Of a stretch of 64,000 nt of DNA, positions 48,905 through 59,391 are shown in pieces (within the stretch, counting starts at the first letter, position 1; each line of letters begins with the position of its first letter). The notes under the pieces are model-generated. The model had not been told where the DNA came from, did not search any database, and saw nothing but the letters and a program-made list of their open reading frames with translations. Both the position numbers and the translations under genes were made by a program. Source of the DNA: Leptolyngbyaceae cyanobacterium. GTDB lineage: Bacteria; Cyanobacteriota; Cyanobacteriia; Phormidesmidales; Phormidesmidaceae. The stretch lies in the NCBI GenBank assembly GCA_965263355.1, contig CBDHHL010000032.1, forward strand, positions 1,760,001 through 1,824,000, given 5' to 3'.

Positions 48905-49053
48905 GGTTTCCTATGGATTAACGGTAGATGGTACAGCCAGTCGCACACCCTGGGAGAAATTATACGGGGGGATTCCAGATATCGTCCACAGTTAGAACAG
49001 TAGTTTTACCCAAGAAAAATTTAGGCTTACTACCTAGGGATGGTCTAACTGTA

Positions 49054-49881
49054 TCAATTTGCCACCCGAATTGGCCCGTCAATGGCGGCGCTAAAAAACT
49101 GCCGCACATAGGGATTGGGCGTATGGTCAATCTGATCAACTGGCCCCATCCATTGAATGGATCCTTTGTGCAGCATCACAACCCGGTCGGCAGTACGGCG
49201 AATAGTACTGTCCTGATGGGTGACAATCAAATAAGTACTACACCCTTGATTGCCATGGATATTACGGATTAAATCTTCAATTACCGTTGAGGCAATGGGA
49301 TCTAATCCAGCAGTTGGTTCGTCGTACAGTAAAACCGTTGGCTTGTCTTGGGCCTCTTGGGGGTTAGAAATCACAGCACGGGCAAAACTAACCCGTTTAC
49401 GCATTCCCCCAGATAGCTCGGCGGGGTAGCGATCGCAAATATTGGGTAACCCCACCATTTGTAGCGCCTGCTCAGCCAGCCGACTAATTTCGGCCTCTGA
49501 CAAGTCAGAATTCTGATATAGGGAAAAGCCTACATTTTCCTGTACCGTCAACGAATCAAATAGGGCTGCCTGCTGAAATACCATGCCAATATTGACCGGA
49601 TCATCCGCATCTTCAATTAACCCCTGTCGCCGTTGGCCAGCCACAAAAACATCCCCCTGGTCAGCCGCTAGTAGCCCAGCAATGATGCGTAAAATAGTAG
49701 ACTTACCCGTACCCGATGGGCCAATCAGGGCAACGGCTTCACCTGGCTGAACCGTTAAATCAACATTATTTAGGACCTGATTGCTACCAAATCGTTTAGA
49801 GATACCCTTGAGTTGAAGAATTGGGGAGGCATCATCACAGGGAGATGGGGGAACAATTCCATTTGATTCAGAGACAGACAT
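49054..49881 (-). CDS. mlaF: MlaF/TGD3 ABC transporter ATPase
   Basis: GPSGTGKS, FQQAALFDS, LSGGMRKRV, LLYDEPTAGLDP. Confidence 0.9.
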   Translation of the reverse strand: MSVSESNGIVPPSPCDDASPILQLKGISKRFGSNQVLNNVDLTVQPGEAVALIGPSGTGKSTILRIIAGLLAADQGDVFVAGQRRQGLIEDADDPVNIGMVFQQAALFDSLTVQENVGFSLYQNSDLSEAEISRLAEQALQMVGLPNICDRYPAELSGGMRKRVSFARAVISNPQEAQDKPTVLLYDEPTAGLDPIASTVIEDLIRNIHGNQGCSTYLIVTHQDSTIRRTADRVVMLHKGSIQWMGPVDQIDHTPNPYVRQFFSAAIDGPIRVAN

Positions 49882-49963
49882 GGCGGCAGTTGCTATAACT
49901 CGCTAACGAGCTGGGGACAGCTTATGACAAGATAACCCATGGTTATAAAAAGGGCGTGAGAGA

Positions 49964-51346
49964 TTGACTATGCTCTTGTGGATCGGTTCACTCAGAAAGT
50001 TTCTACAGCGTAATATCCGTTTTGTTTGGCACGAAACAAAGGATTTAACCCCGGTCCACAACCGTTGGGTGCGCTGGCTTTTACCAGGTCTATTGGTCAA
50101 ACGTTGGCTGTTTTTAAGTACCGTTGGGGTGCTGATGGTTGGCCTGGGGGCCATGATTTGGCTAAAACTCACCCCCGTTTTTTTTACAGTCCGATTTGTA
50201 TCGACGGTACTACGGACAATTACACAACTTATTCCCCGTTACATTAGCGGTCCCCTGGCGATTTTATTTGGTTTATCCCTGATTATTTGGGGCCAAAGTC
50301 GCACCCTCGGCTCAATTACGGAAGTTTTACTACCGGGCAGTCAGGAAAACAGCCTGTGGGATGCCATTGCCACTCACCGCAAACTCAATCGCGGCCCCAA
50401 AATTGTGGTGGTAGGCGGGGGCACAGGGCTTTCTACCATGTTGCGCGGGTTAAAACGCTATAGCGCTAATATCACTGCGATTGTGACGGTGGCAGACGAT
50501 GGTGGTTCATCCGGTCGCCTACGACGGGAAATGGGCGGGTTACCGCCAGGGGATATTCGTAACTGTCTGGCAGCGCTAGCGGATCAAGAAAAGCTGGTGA
50601 CTGAATTATTTCAGTATCGATTTAGTAGCGGTAGCGGTCTCAGCGGTCACAGCTTTGGCAATTTGTTTTTGGCAGCGATGAATGAGGTGACTGGCGATTG
50701 GGAAAAAGCCATTGCCGCTAGTTCTCAGGTATTGGCCGTACGCGGTGAAGTCCTGCCCTCCACCCTGAGCGATGTCAAACTTTGGGCAGACCTGAGCGAT
50801 GGCCGCCGAATTGAAGGGGAGTCAAATATTACCAAGGCGCGGGGACGCATTATCAATATTGGTTGCACACCAGCGGCGCCCCCAGCGTTGCCTAAAGCCC
50901 TTGCTGCGATTAAGGAGGCCAACTACATCATTATGGGTCCTGGTAGCCTCTACACCAGCATTGTGCCCAATTTGCTAGTGCCCGATATTGCTGCTGCGAT
51001 CGCAGCGGCCCCTGTCCCCCGTATCTACGTATGTAACATCATGACGGAACCGGGTGAGACAGATAACTACAGTGTCTCTGAGCACATTCATGCCATTGAC
51101 CGGGCCTGTGGTCAGCGTTTATTTGATGCCGTTCTAGTTCAAAAACGGTCACCCTCTGCGGCGGCATTAGAACGCTATCGCAAAGAAGGGGCAGAGCGGG
51201 TGACCTTTGATCGGGATGCGGTGATCTCTTCGGGACGACGAATTGTCATCGCTAACGTCATGCACGAAACTGACAAAGGCACTATTCGCCATGATCCACC
51301 CAAACTAGCCAAGGTCCTGATGCGCTGGCACGCCAGGGTGTATTAA
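49964..51346 (+). CDS. yvcK: YvcK/CofD-like gluconeogenesis factor family protein with N-terminal TMs
   Basis: [40 protein letters not shown]; start may lie further downstream. Confidence 0.9.
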   Translation: MTMLLWIGSLRKFLQRNIRFVWHETKDLTPVHNRWVRWLLPGLLVKRWLFLSTVGVLMVGLGAMIWLKLTPVFFTVRFVSTVLRTITQLIPRYISGPLAILFGLSLIIWGQSRTLGSITEVLLPGSQENSLWDAIATHRKLNRGPKIVVVGGGTGLSTMLRGLKRYSANITAIVTVADDGGSSGRLRREMGGLPPGDIRNCLAALADQEKLVTELFQYRFSSGSGLSGHSFGNLFLAAMNEVTGDWEKAIAASSQVLAVRGEVLPSTLSDVKLWADLSDGRRIEGESNITKARGRIINIGCTPAAPPALPKALAAIKEANYIIMGPGSLYTSIVPNLLVPDIAAAIAAAPVPRIYVCNIMTEPGETDNYSVSEHIHAIDRACGQRLFDAVLVQKRSPSAAALERYRKEGAERVTFDRDAVISSGRRIVIANVMHETDKGTIRHDPPKLAKVLMRWHARVY

Positions 51347-51399
51347 CCCCGTGGGAACGCGTCCCCTACGGAGTGGGATGGGTGTATGTGGATAATCGA

Positions 51400-51645
51400 T
51401 TACCCCTTCGCAAAAAAACGTCTGGATACCCAGCTAATTAAACCGCTGGCGATGGCCCCTGCCATCAAAATGCCAATAGAGGGCGTAAACACTGGCTCCC
51501 AAAGGCGATACCAAAGATCAAATCCAAGGTTAATATCGGCAGCCCTGCCTAATAAAGCCAACACAAACCAAACAAAACTAAATAGAACAAAGAAAAGATT
51601 GATCGTCAGAGCGGTGTTTAGCCAGTTGATTAAACGGTCTTTCAT
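51400..51645 (-). CDS. small conserved cyanobacterial membrane protein
   Basis: Two TM helices, LWYRLWEPVFTPSIGILM. Confidence 0.75.
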   Translation of the reverse strand: MKDRLINWLNTALTINLFFVLFSFVWFVLALLGRAADINLGFDLWYRLWEPVFTPSIGILMAGAIASGLISWVSRRFFAKG

Positions 51646-52121
51646 ACCAGCAATAAAGAATGGTTAGCGGTCAGGCACAGGATGATTATCCTCAAATTAG
51701 TATCCCGAACCCAGGTGCTTAATCAACTGAAACACCACTCACCATTAACCATCTCCCGCTTTACCCTCAGAGCTTGCACCTGATCATGCTAATCCGCCTT
51801 GGCCTCAAAGTTTCAAGGCTAACCCGCTAAACGGTTCAAAGGAGCGGTAAAAGCTAGATATATAGAGCTTCATGACTAACCTTGCTGCTTTAGCCACAGC
51901 CCTCAATTGGCGTTGGGTTTGAACCCAGCGTGAGTTTTTACTTAGAAATATTAAATAATGAGCCGTCTTAACAATAGGTAACAATCCAATAGAGATAATC
52001 TAAATTACCTGAGAAACATCTTAAAAATCGAGTATTTCTAACAAAATATTGATGGTTAGAAACGAGATCAGATACTTATTTAATCTCGAGAAAGCCCGCA
52101 ATAAATCCAGAAAATTCACAA

Positions 52122-52154
52122 AAAAATATGGTTAGCCCGTCAAGGGTAACCATA
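52122..52154 (-). terminator. terminator of the 52209-52403 gene
   Basis: TATGGTTAGCC-CGTCAA-GGGTAACCATA hairpin preceded by an A-tract on plus (T-tract on minus). Confidence 0.65.
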
Positions 52155-52208
52155 CTGTAGAAGCTGAGTTTTACCGACTGAAAACCACAAGGGATGGGGT
52201 TGAAACCC

Positions 52209-52403
52209 CTACACAGCATCAATATCTAATCCTTGAGATGCCTTTAGATTGTCAGGATCAACATAGTGGCAAACAGATTCATCGATACAAATCAAAGCCC
52301 AGCCAGACTTTTCAATACCCATCAATTCATAGGGTCCATCCTGAACAAAAAACCCTTTATGATTCCTTGTTTCAGGTTTGACTTCTACAGCATGCTTATC
52401 CAT
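52209..52403 (-). CDS. small hypothetical protein (64 aa)
   Basis: AAGGAG RBS upstream of ATG; downstream terminator. Confidence 0.65.
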   Translation of the reverse strand: MDKHAVEVKPETRNHKGFFVQDGPYELMGIEKSGWALICIDESVCHYVDPDNLKASQGLDIDAV

Positions 52404-52718
52404 TTTTTAAGGCTCCTTGCAACGGGGTGAGATCCAATAAAAGGAAAACTTATCGGAATCTTTTCTTAAGCTTATCAGTTCCTTTTTATTCCGAGCGTTA
52501 AGTTATCTGATCCAGAAAAGCAGCTAAAAAAACGCGGGGATCATTGCCCCGCAACCCTTACAAAAAGCTAAGGAAAGCTATTTTTCAGTGATGGTAAAGA
52601 CACGGTTAACAAACCGTTTACTCAGGATTGTTTACAAAAAACAATGAATATTCGTAAACCACCTAACCTTACAGTCGAAGTGGAGCTTGAAGGCTGAAGT
52701 GCTCTCAGCATAAGGGTT

Positions 52719-53141
52719 TCAATTGTTGAAAATCCAGTTTTTAACCTTTTTCAGGCTTTCCCAATCGGGTTTTCTAGTTAATCCTTCTTCAAAATTCCGT
52801 CGAATGTCCGCTTGAATGTCCTCAACAGACATCACCAGCTGACTAGCGAGTTCCACATGCTCACGCACACCTTTGCGATCGCTATCAAGAATTGCGATCG
52901 CAATATTAATATGGGCCTGAGGATCCTGAGGTGTCAGTTTAATCGCTTTCTGGGCTGCCTTATAAGCGGCGTTAGGTTTATCTACCAAGAGATAGAGCCA
53001 CGACAGGCAAGTATAAATAGCACTATTCTTAGGGGCCTGAGCGCTTAATTCCTTAAATATAGGAATCAGGGTATCAACGCTTTCACCAGCCTGATAGCGC
53101 TCTAGTGCCGCTTCAAACTGTTCATCAATAGTAGGGCTCAT
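52719..53141 (-). CDS. TPR protein
   Basis: TPR-like helices (AIYTCLSWLYL...AIKLTPQDPQAHIN); adjacent to iscA. Confidence 0.8.
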   Translation of the reverse strand: MSPTIDEQFEAALERYQAGESVDTLIPIFKELSAQAPKNSAIYTCLSWLYLLVDKPNAAYKAAQKAIKLTPQDPQAHINIAIAILDSDRKGVREHVELASQLVMSVEDIQADIRRNFEEGLTRKPDWESLKKVKNWIFNN

Positions 53142-53181
53142 ATGGGGAAAGTCTTGGTCAAAAACTTTCCCATTCTAAACC

Positions 53182-53535
53182 TTAGGCGCTAAAGGATTTA
53201 CCACAGCCGCAGGTTTGATCCGCATTGGGATTAGTAAATTGAAATCCACCGCCAATTAAGGCGTCGCTGTAGTCGAGAACGAGGCCATAGAGGTAGAGCA
53301 TACTCTTCTTGTCACAGATCACCTTGAATCCTTCATAATCGAACACTTCGTCATGTTCGCCAATGTTGCCAAAGGTTTCAAAGTCCATCATGTAGGACAT
53401 GCCAGAGCAGCCTCCCTGACGGACGCCTACCCGCAAACATAGATCGGAACCTTGTTTTTCTTTCAGGGCGAGGACATGGGTTAGGGCCGCTTCAGTCATC
53501 ATGATGCCCTGTTTCGGTTGCGTAGCTTGGGTCAT
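53182..53535 (-). CDS. iscA: iron-sulfur cluster assembly accessory protein (IscA/HesB)
   Basis: GGCSGMSY and [12 protein letters not shown]. Confidence 0.95.
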   Translation of the reverse strand: MTQATQPKQGIMMTEAALTHVLALKEKQGSDLCLRVGVRQGGCSGMSYMMDFETFGNIGEHDEVFDYEGFKVICDKKSMLYLYGLVLDYSDALIGGGFQFTNPNADQTCGCGKSFSA

Positions 53536-53739
53536 GGGTCGTCTGCTTGTTTAGATTACTGACATTTGTTAGCGCTTAGTTTAGTGTAGCTTAGCCATTG
53601 GTGAGGAACGTTTCTAGCTTCAATGATTGTGATTGACTATAGCCATGGTGTGTCTCTGCGATAGTTGAACAAATCTATCGGGGCATAGCCAATGGTTTGA
53701 TTCTTCTTCACAATAGAAGCTGTTCATACAGCCGTATTT

Positions 53740-55338
53740 ATGCCCCCACTGAGCCCGTTTACCTGTCGTCGTATTCAAAAATTGCCCCAAACCAATAGCG
53801 TTTGGGAAGGTGGGCGCTGCTCAATGCCTGAATCAGAGGAGAATAAACGAGACTGTATTTTGTGGATTGATGGCAATCAGGGATATGTGCGCAGCGTGGA
53901 TATGGTGTCTACCGATAGTGGTTATGAAGCGGTGGCCCGGAGTTTACTACAAGCTATAGAACATCCTCAAGGCCCTGCAGACCCCTGTCGTCCCCAAAGG
54001 GTGGTAGTGAATGATCGAGAACTGCAGTTTTTTTTAAGGGGGGTGCTGCAGGATTTAGATATTGACGTCACCTATGGTGCAAAGCTTCCTTGGGTAGATG
54101 AGATTTTTGATCATTTACTCTCCCATATCAATGTGCCGACATCGTCTTTGCCTGCAGACTATCGGGAGCGTCTTTGTGAAAAAGCACTGGCACTGTGGCA
54201 CCAGGCACCCTGGTATCGCTTGAGTGAGCAAGAGTTATTGGCAGTTGAGTTAAACCGTTGGGATACAGACACCCTATATGTTTCTATTTTGGGTATGGCG
54301 GATGTGGACTATGGTCTGTTGTTTTATCGCAGCCTGGACTCGTTATTGCAATTTCGTGAGCGGGTGCTAAATTGCGATTACGATAGTGCTGATTTGTCAG
54401 ATCACATGTCGTCTCACATCTTGCAACAAGTCTTTCTCAGTCAGGATTGCTTTTTTCTTAATTACTCAGTGGAGCGCCCGAGACAGCCAGAGCCTGACGA
54501 TTATGAATTTGGTAGTATTCACCCGCTTGAGGGGATCCGCCATGAAATTGATGAAGCTGAAGCGGCGACATTGATCATTACCTTGGATGCACTGCATCGC
54601 TTTTTCGAAAAAGCACCCGAACCGCTTAATGTATTAGAGCCCATTCAAAAGACTTTGCGGGTGCCCAACCCGTTGTCAGGGGATGGCCCTAAGCAATGCA
54701 CAGTGAAAGTCATGTCGTTGCCAGACATTTCTAGCAAACTAATGGCGGAAACTGAGCAGATGCTTGAACTGGAGGCAAGCGTCTTAGATGAGCCCGTACT
54801 AAAAGATGACCTGATCCCTGACGGAGCCCTGATTTTGCTTACTCAGGTATCCCCTGAGCGAGTCAAACAGCTACAAACGACCAAAGTTTACCACCAGGCT
54901 CTATCGAAGGATAAAACGAGATCGACAAAAGCATCCTGGCCTGTGGTGATTATTCAAACGTCACGCCCCAAAGCAGTTGCTCTAGTGGAGCGCCTTGAGT
55001 CATTGGGAGGAATCAAGGCCATGTGCTTTAATCCTGGCCATGATCCGTTTAGACAACTCACCTTTCAACTGGGTATTTGGCAAACGGGTGACAATAGTCT
55101 GCATCTGTTCCATGAATATGATGGCAACAATGATTACCATTGCGAAGCCCTTGAAAAATGGCAGCAACAGCAACTTAAGAGCCATGGTTGCTGTGGCATC
55201 ATGATTGCGGCAGGCGTGACTGGACGCAATCGAGGTAATCCTCAACCCAAAGATATTATGGCTTTCTTAGAGGTAAATTTTTGCCCCCCTGAGGTGCTCA
55301 ATCTAGAGCCTTTAGTGTTGAGCTATGCAATTGACTAA
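53740..55338 (+). CDS. conserved cyanobacterial protein (DUF6930-like)
   Basis: LPQ..SVWEG, RPQRVVVNDRELQFFLRGVL, IIQTSRPKA motifs; family name recalled, not verified. Confidence 0.65.
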   Translation: MPPLSPFTCRRIQKLPQTNSVWEGGRCSMPESEENKRDCILWIDGNQGYVRSVDMVSTDSGYEAVARSLLQAIEHPQGPADPCRPQRVVVNDRELQFFLRGVLQDLDIDVTYGAKLPWVDEIFDHLLSHINVPTSSLPADYRERLCEKALALWHQAPWYRLSEQELLAVELNRWDTDTLYVSILGMADVDYGLLFYRSLDSLLQFRERVLNCDYDSADLSDHMSSHILQQVFLSQDCFFLNYSVERPRQPEPDDYEFGSIHPLEGIRHEIDEAEAATLIITLDALHRFFEKAPEPLNVLEPIQKTLRVPNPLSGDGPKQCTVKVMSLPDISSKLMAETEQMLELEASVLDEPVLKDDLIPDGALILLTQVSPERVKQLQTTKVYHQALSKDKTRSTKASWPVVIIQTSRPKAVALVERLESLGGIKAMCFNPGHDPFRQLTFQLGIWQTGDNSLHLFHEYDGNNDYHCEALEKWQQQQLKSHGCCGIMIAAGVTGRNRGNPQPKDIMAFLEVNFCPPEVLNLEPLVLSYAID

Positions 55339-55475
55339 ACGGAAACAAAACGGAAAAGCCCTATGGGATGTGCAATCTCCTTCTGACTTCCGTACCGTTA
55401 GGTCCTCCAGAGGACTTGTTCTGATTTCCGAATTCGGACCTGGCCGAGATTTGCTGGCTAACGTTGATACCTGAC

Positions 55476-56066
55476 TTATTGGTGTTCCCAATGGAAGGTA
55501 GCGAGAAAAAATAGACTGGCGGACATGATAATTCCTGTCAATAAAAATTGATGAATCGGTAAAAATGTCAAACCAGGTACGGTGCAGACATGGATAATAC
55601 CTATCAGTACTAGGGCTGGTGCTTTTATCCCTAACCCCGTAATCACATAGCCAAAGGCACTTATGCTAAGCCATAGAGGACAAAGATGTGGCAAAATCAA
55701 GCCCCATCCTGCCAAAATGCCATAGTCGGTGAGACCCAGTCCAGCTATGACTAACAGTGACCAGCTATAAAAAATCCAGCGCTGATTTCTTGTGGTTACC
55801 CAAAACCAGGTAAGTCTACCGGACAGCCAGATAACAATGCAGGAAAGCACTGACCAGAGGATCGCCTGGGTAGACCAATCCAGAAGAGTGTATTGTGCAA
55901 CCAAAAAGATGGCGGCAGTTGCCACGCTCCAGGTGAGTAGGGCCTGATCTAGTCGGGTCAGATAGGTTGAAATAAAGGCGTTATCGGGGTTGCCAATTTG
56001 GATTTTTATTACTCCATGGAGATCTACAGGGTCAACCAATCTCTGTTTTAGCTGAAAAATGGACAT
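55476..56066 (-). CDS. multi-pass membrane hypothetical protein
   Basis: About 6 hydrophobic segments, Trp-rich. Confidence 0.7.
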   Translation of the reverse strand: MSIFQLKQRLVDPVDLHGVIKIQIGNPDNAFISTYLTRLDQALLTWSVATAAIFLVAQYTLLDWSTQAILWSVLSCIVIWLSGRLTWFWVTTRNQRWIFYSWSLLVIAGLGLTDYGILAGWGLILPHLCPLWLSISAFGYVITGLGIKAPALVLIGIIHVCTVPGLTFLPIHQFLLTGIIMSASLFFLATFHWEHQ

Positions 56067-56139
56067 CAGTTATAGAGCGAGTTTTAAGCGTTAATGGAAA
56101 GACTCAAACAACAATGTTTCTCGGGCTGAAGGTGGGTAA

Positions 56140-56279
56140 CTAAACCTTGTCCATGTCTAGGACCGGTCATTTTTCCGTAAAAGAACTTACAGGTTTGAAC
56201 TTGGACGTGGTTTAAGCCCAAGGGACATCCAGGATTAGAAATTTACCGTAGAGGACCTACCGGTTAAACTTTGGACGTG
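56140..56279 (+). repeat. two tandem copies of the family B element
   Basis: CTAAACCTTGTCC...TGGACGTGGTTTAAG (56140-56216), then a partial copy ...TTTACCGTAGAGGACCTACCGG...TTGGACGTG. Confidence 0.7.
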
Positions 56280-56286
56280 AGATTAT

Positions 56287-56323
56287 GGCTCCTAAAGTCT
56301 TAAAAATTAAGACTTTAGGAGCT
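56287..56323. terminator. long perfect hairpin
   Basis: GCTCCTAAAGTCTTAA-AAA-TTAAGACTTTAGGAGC. Confidence 0.65.
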
Positions 56324-56404
56324 ATAGGGTTTTTGTTGTCATTTTATTGATTATATACTGGCTTAAACGCCTGTGGGGTCACGTTATTGCGCCTACAGGC
56401 TCGC

Positions 56405-57223
56405 TCACTGGTTTGTCTCTTGGGGGATGAGTTGTAAGGGGTAGTCTAGGGTGTGTGCGATCGCATCATAACGTCGCAACTGATCCTGATAGATGGCATC
56501 CCAATCATTTCCTAACCCTGGCGCATCCCAATAGCCCGTATCTGGATCAATAAACGCTTTAGTACGTGCCCAGACAATCCGCTCCGGCAGGTCCATTGTG
56601 CGTGCCTGGTAGAGCCAGTCAATATAGCCTCGGTCAAGGGCCGCTAAGGGAGCTTGATTTGCTAAATCAATGCCGTTAAGTTCTTCAAGTAACGACAGTT
56701 GGAAAGCCTTAGTTTGGGTTTGACGACGGAGTTCTTTAGCCTGTTGTTGCAAACGATGTAATTGTTTGCGATCGGCTTCCTCTGGAGAAGACGCCCCATG
56801 CTGGTAGGAAAAGCTACCTAAGTTCCAAACACCGTTGCCAGGATCCACATGACCATAATAGGCACTGGTATACCCACCCGCAGGCGTGCGAGTCCCTTCC
56901 GCGCTACCCACAGCTCTAGCTACCAAGGAGGCAGACTCCCCAGCAAAGAGAGCATTGATAGCATAGCTGGTTTTAGTATTTGCAATAATGAGGTTTGGTA
57001 TTTGGGCTGCCGGGGTAGGCCGATGGTCTGGAACAAACGTTAGGGCAACAGAGTTTTTCGATTTAACCGTTGCACGAACGGTAGACGGCTGCGATCGCTT
57101 GGCAAGCTTAAATTCTAGGGCAGCCGCTTGAGCGCTACTGAGCCAGCTAAGGGTAGCGCTCAGGCTAGTAATAATGACAAATAAGGGCTTAACAAATCTG
57201 GGTTTCAAGGAGATACGTTTCAT
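56405..57223 (-). CDS. secreted cyanobacterial hypothetical protein
   Basis: Signal peptide; AEGTRT...YYGHVDPGNGVWNLGSFSYQHG, DLANQAP motifs. Confidence 0.7.
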   Translation of the reverse strand: MKRISLKPRFVKPLFVIITSLSATLSWLSSAQAAALEFKLAKRSQPSTVRATVKSKNSVALTFVPDHRPTPAAQIPNLIIANTKTSYAINALFAGESASLVARAVGSAEGTRTPAGGYTSAYYGHVDPGNGVWNLGSFSYQHGASSPEEADRKQLHRLQQQAKELRRQTQTKAFQLSLLEELNGIDLANQAPLAALDRGYIDWLYQARTMDLPERIVWARTKAFIDPDTGYWDAPGLGNDWDAIYQDQLRRYDAIAHTLDYPLQLIPQETNQ

Positions 57224-57230
57224 TGGCTAT

Positions 57231-57677
57231 CTATGACTGAGTCAGTAATTGTTCAATAAACGTTGGCGCAGGTTCTACAACAGCCCAGGTACCGTTGGGT
57301 TCTCGACGCAACATTGCAAATACCAAATGCTGAGCGCGACCGATGGTTTGATTTTGGTTTAGAGCACCAAATCTAGGCTGACTCAGGCCACAGAGACGAA
57401 AGAGATACGCAGGGACATCGGCACTGGAAACAATGACGCAGTTTGTGGCAGTCGGTTCGACGGTGCCATCAAAGGGCATATGTACGGTATCGCCGCCTAA
57501 GGCCAGACTAATATCGCCCAGGCCACTACTGACGGCATAACCAGCAATCTCGGTACCGATAGCTAGGGGCCAAGTCTGGTGCATAGTTAAGGTGCGAGGA
57601 GCCGGTGTAGCACGACTGCAAGCAGAAAGGCTAAGGCCTAAAATTAAGCCCAGACAGTTGCAAAGGGTAAATTTCAT
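57231..57677 (-). CDS. lipoprotein, hypothetical
   Basis: Lipobox LSA-C; GLGDISL...PFDG. Confidence 0.7.
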   Translation of the reverse strand: MKFTLCNCLGLILGLSLSACSRATPAPRTLTMHQTWPLAIGTEIAGYAVSSGLGDISLALGGDTVHMPFDGTVEPTATNCVIVSSADVPAYLFRLCGLSQPRFGALNQNQTIGRAQHLVFAMLRREPNGTWAVVEPAPTFIEQLLTQS

Positions 57678-57917
57678 GGGGAGAGAGGAAAAAATTAGGG
57701 GAGCAATTTAAGCTGAAAAATCTTGATCTGGTGGGGAGTCAGGAATCACGAGACATACCAAATCCGAGTTCATTAACCCCGATAAAACATCATCAGCCTG
57801 TAGGGGCAATCCCTTGTGGTTACCCTGTGATATCGGGGACAAGCAACCAAGATTTTATATTGGAGTCAAGCAGGATATCGCCTCTGCCCCCCTGATACAT
57901 GACTCCTGATACCTGAC

Positions 57918-58391
57918 CTATTGAAAACTAAAGGCAAATCCAGCATATTCGTCGCCTTCGTATAGCATCACCAACCATGTTGTTGGAGAGAATGCCAGAG
58001 GATACGCTTCGCGTTCAGCAGTGATGCCATCTCTAAGTTCGAGGCTGGGTAGTTGACAATAGGGGTCTGCCACAATCGCTCTAACAGATTGTTGACTAGA
58101 GCGCTCGGGTACAGTGAGAATCTGCGCAAGCTGGGCTCTAGACAGGACAGCAGAGGATTGAACCATACGCTGACACGTCTCTTTGGTGTCAGCTGTCGAG
58201 GCGTGCAAATGAGAACTGGCATCGAATAGGAGGCTAAAGAGAGCAATCCCCCATCCGGCAGCAAGAACGTATGGATTTCGCCACCATGGACTAACACGCT
58301 GGCTCAAGGGTTTTAGAAATGGGGTAGTTCGTTTTCTGGTTCTGCGTGGTGCTGGACGTGGAATAGAACGGGTGTAGAGCTGTTGAGTCAT
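57918..58391 (-). CDS. membrane-anchored cyanobacterial hypothetical protein
   Basis: Start MTQQLY; one TM; LSRAQLA...PYCQLP...REAYPLAF...YEGDEYAG. Confidence 0.7.
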   Translation of the reverse strand: MTQQLYTRSIPRPAPRRTRKRTTPFLKPLSQRVSPWWRNPYVLAAGWGIALFSLLFDASSHLHASTADTKETCQRMVQSSAVLSRAQLAQILTVPERSSQQSVRAIVADPYCQLPSLELRDGITAEREAYPLAFSPTTWLVMLYEGDEYAGFAFSFQ

Positions 58392-58682
58392 GGCTTGGTG
58401 TGTGTTGGTTATGCAGCTATCTACAACTATAAGAGAAAGAGTTTCGAAAAGTATTCGGTTTTCAGATTGATTGCTATGGAAAAATCGTATAAATCCTTTA
58501 TTTTCAATGACTTTAGTGGATCGCATAAATCTTTCCGTCAAGCTGTGCAACAACATTTAGAAAAGGATCTTTGATGGTGGCATTTGTGCAACAGCGTTGA
58601 TTGTCAACCACGTTCATAAATGAAGACTTCGAAAGTCAGAATTCTGACTTAACCGAAATTTTCCGACTTAAGTTATACCCCT

Positions 58683-59288
58683 TTAAGACAAGGCTTGAAC
58701 TAAAATTCGCATTAAAGCTGCAACATCTTCTGGCACACGGTAACTTTCCAAGCCCTGCTCAATTGTCTTCTCACTTCGACCAAGCCGAGCAAACTCCCAA
58801 ATCTTTCCTGTGGTTACAGCACCTACCAGATGGGTTTGTTCCTTACTTTCTTGCCATTGCTCTAATGCAATTAATTCAGCGATCAGCTGAGTCATCCCAT
58901 AATCTAAGTCTTCCTTTTTGGCTTCAATCACCAACAAATTGCTAGCATTTTCTAGAAAATAATCTAAATATCCTTGGATTTGCTCATTCACTTTAATGGA
59001 GTACTCAATGAAGATTTCGGCTTTCGTATAATGCACTAAATCTAACATCAAAGGCGAGATTAGTAATTCTCTCCTAGCGGCCTCACTAGATAAAGATGCA
59101 TAGGGTAGGACTTCTTCAATCCGGTCCTTTAATTGATCAATCCGGTCTAAATTTCCCTGATATTGAAATAAGTTCAGTTTTCTCCTAGAAAATGAATACC
59201 CAAAATAATTAGCTAGATCCTTGGGTTCAATCTTGAGATCAAAGATTTTACTAAACGTATAAGATTGCTCCGGATTAATAACTTTCAT
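58683..59288 (-). CDS. PD-(D/E)XK-like protein (HsdR-N-like cyanobacterial family)
   Basis: SEAARRELLI, GYLDY, LVIEAKK, QLIAEL, GAVTTGKIWEF. Confidence 0.7.
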   Translation of the reverse strand: MKVINPEQSYTFSKIFDLKIEPKDLANYFGYSFSRRKLNLFQYQGNLDRIDQLKDRIEEVLPYASLSSEAARRELLISPLMLDLVHYTKAEIFIEYSIKVNEQIQGYLDYFLENASNLLVIEAKKEDLDYGMTQLIAELIALEQWQESKEQTHLVGAVTTGKIWEFARLGRSEKTIEQGLESYRVPEDVAALMRILVQALS

Positions 59289-59391
59289 AGTCCATTTATG
59301 ACAGAGTAAATTAACGATCAGATCTGGCGATTAACTCTAGTATCAGGCATATTTATGATAGATTCAATCTTATGTTTGAGCCTTACTGATT

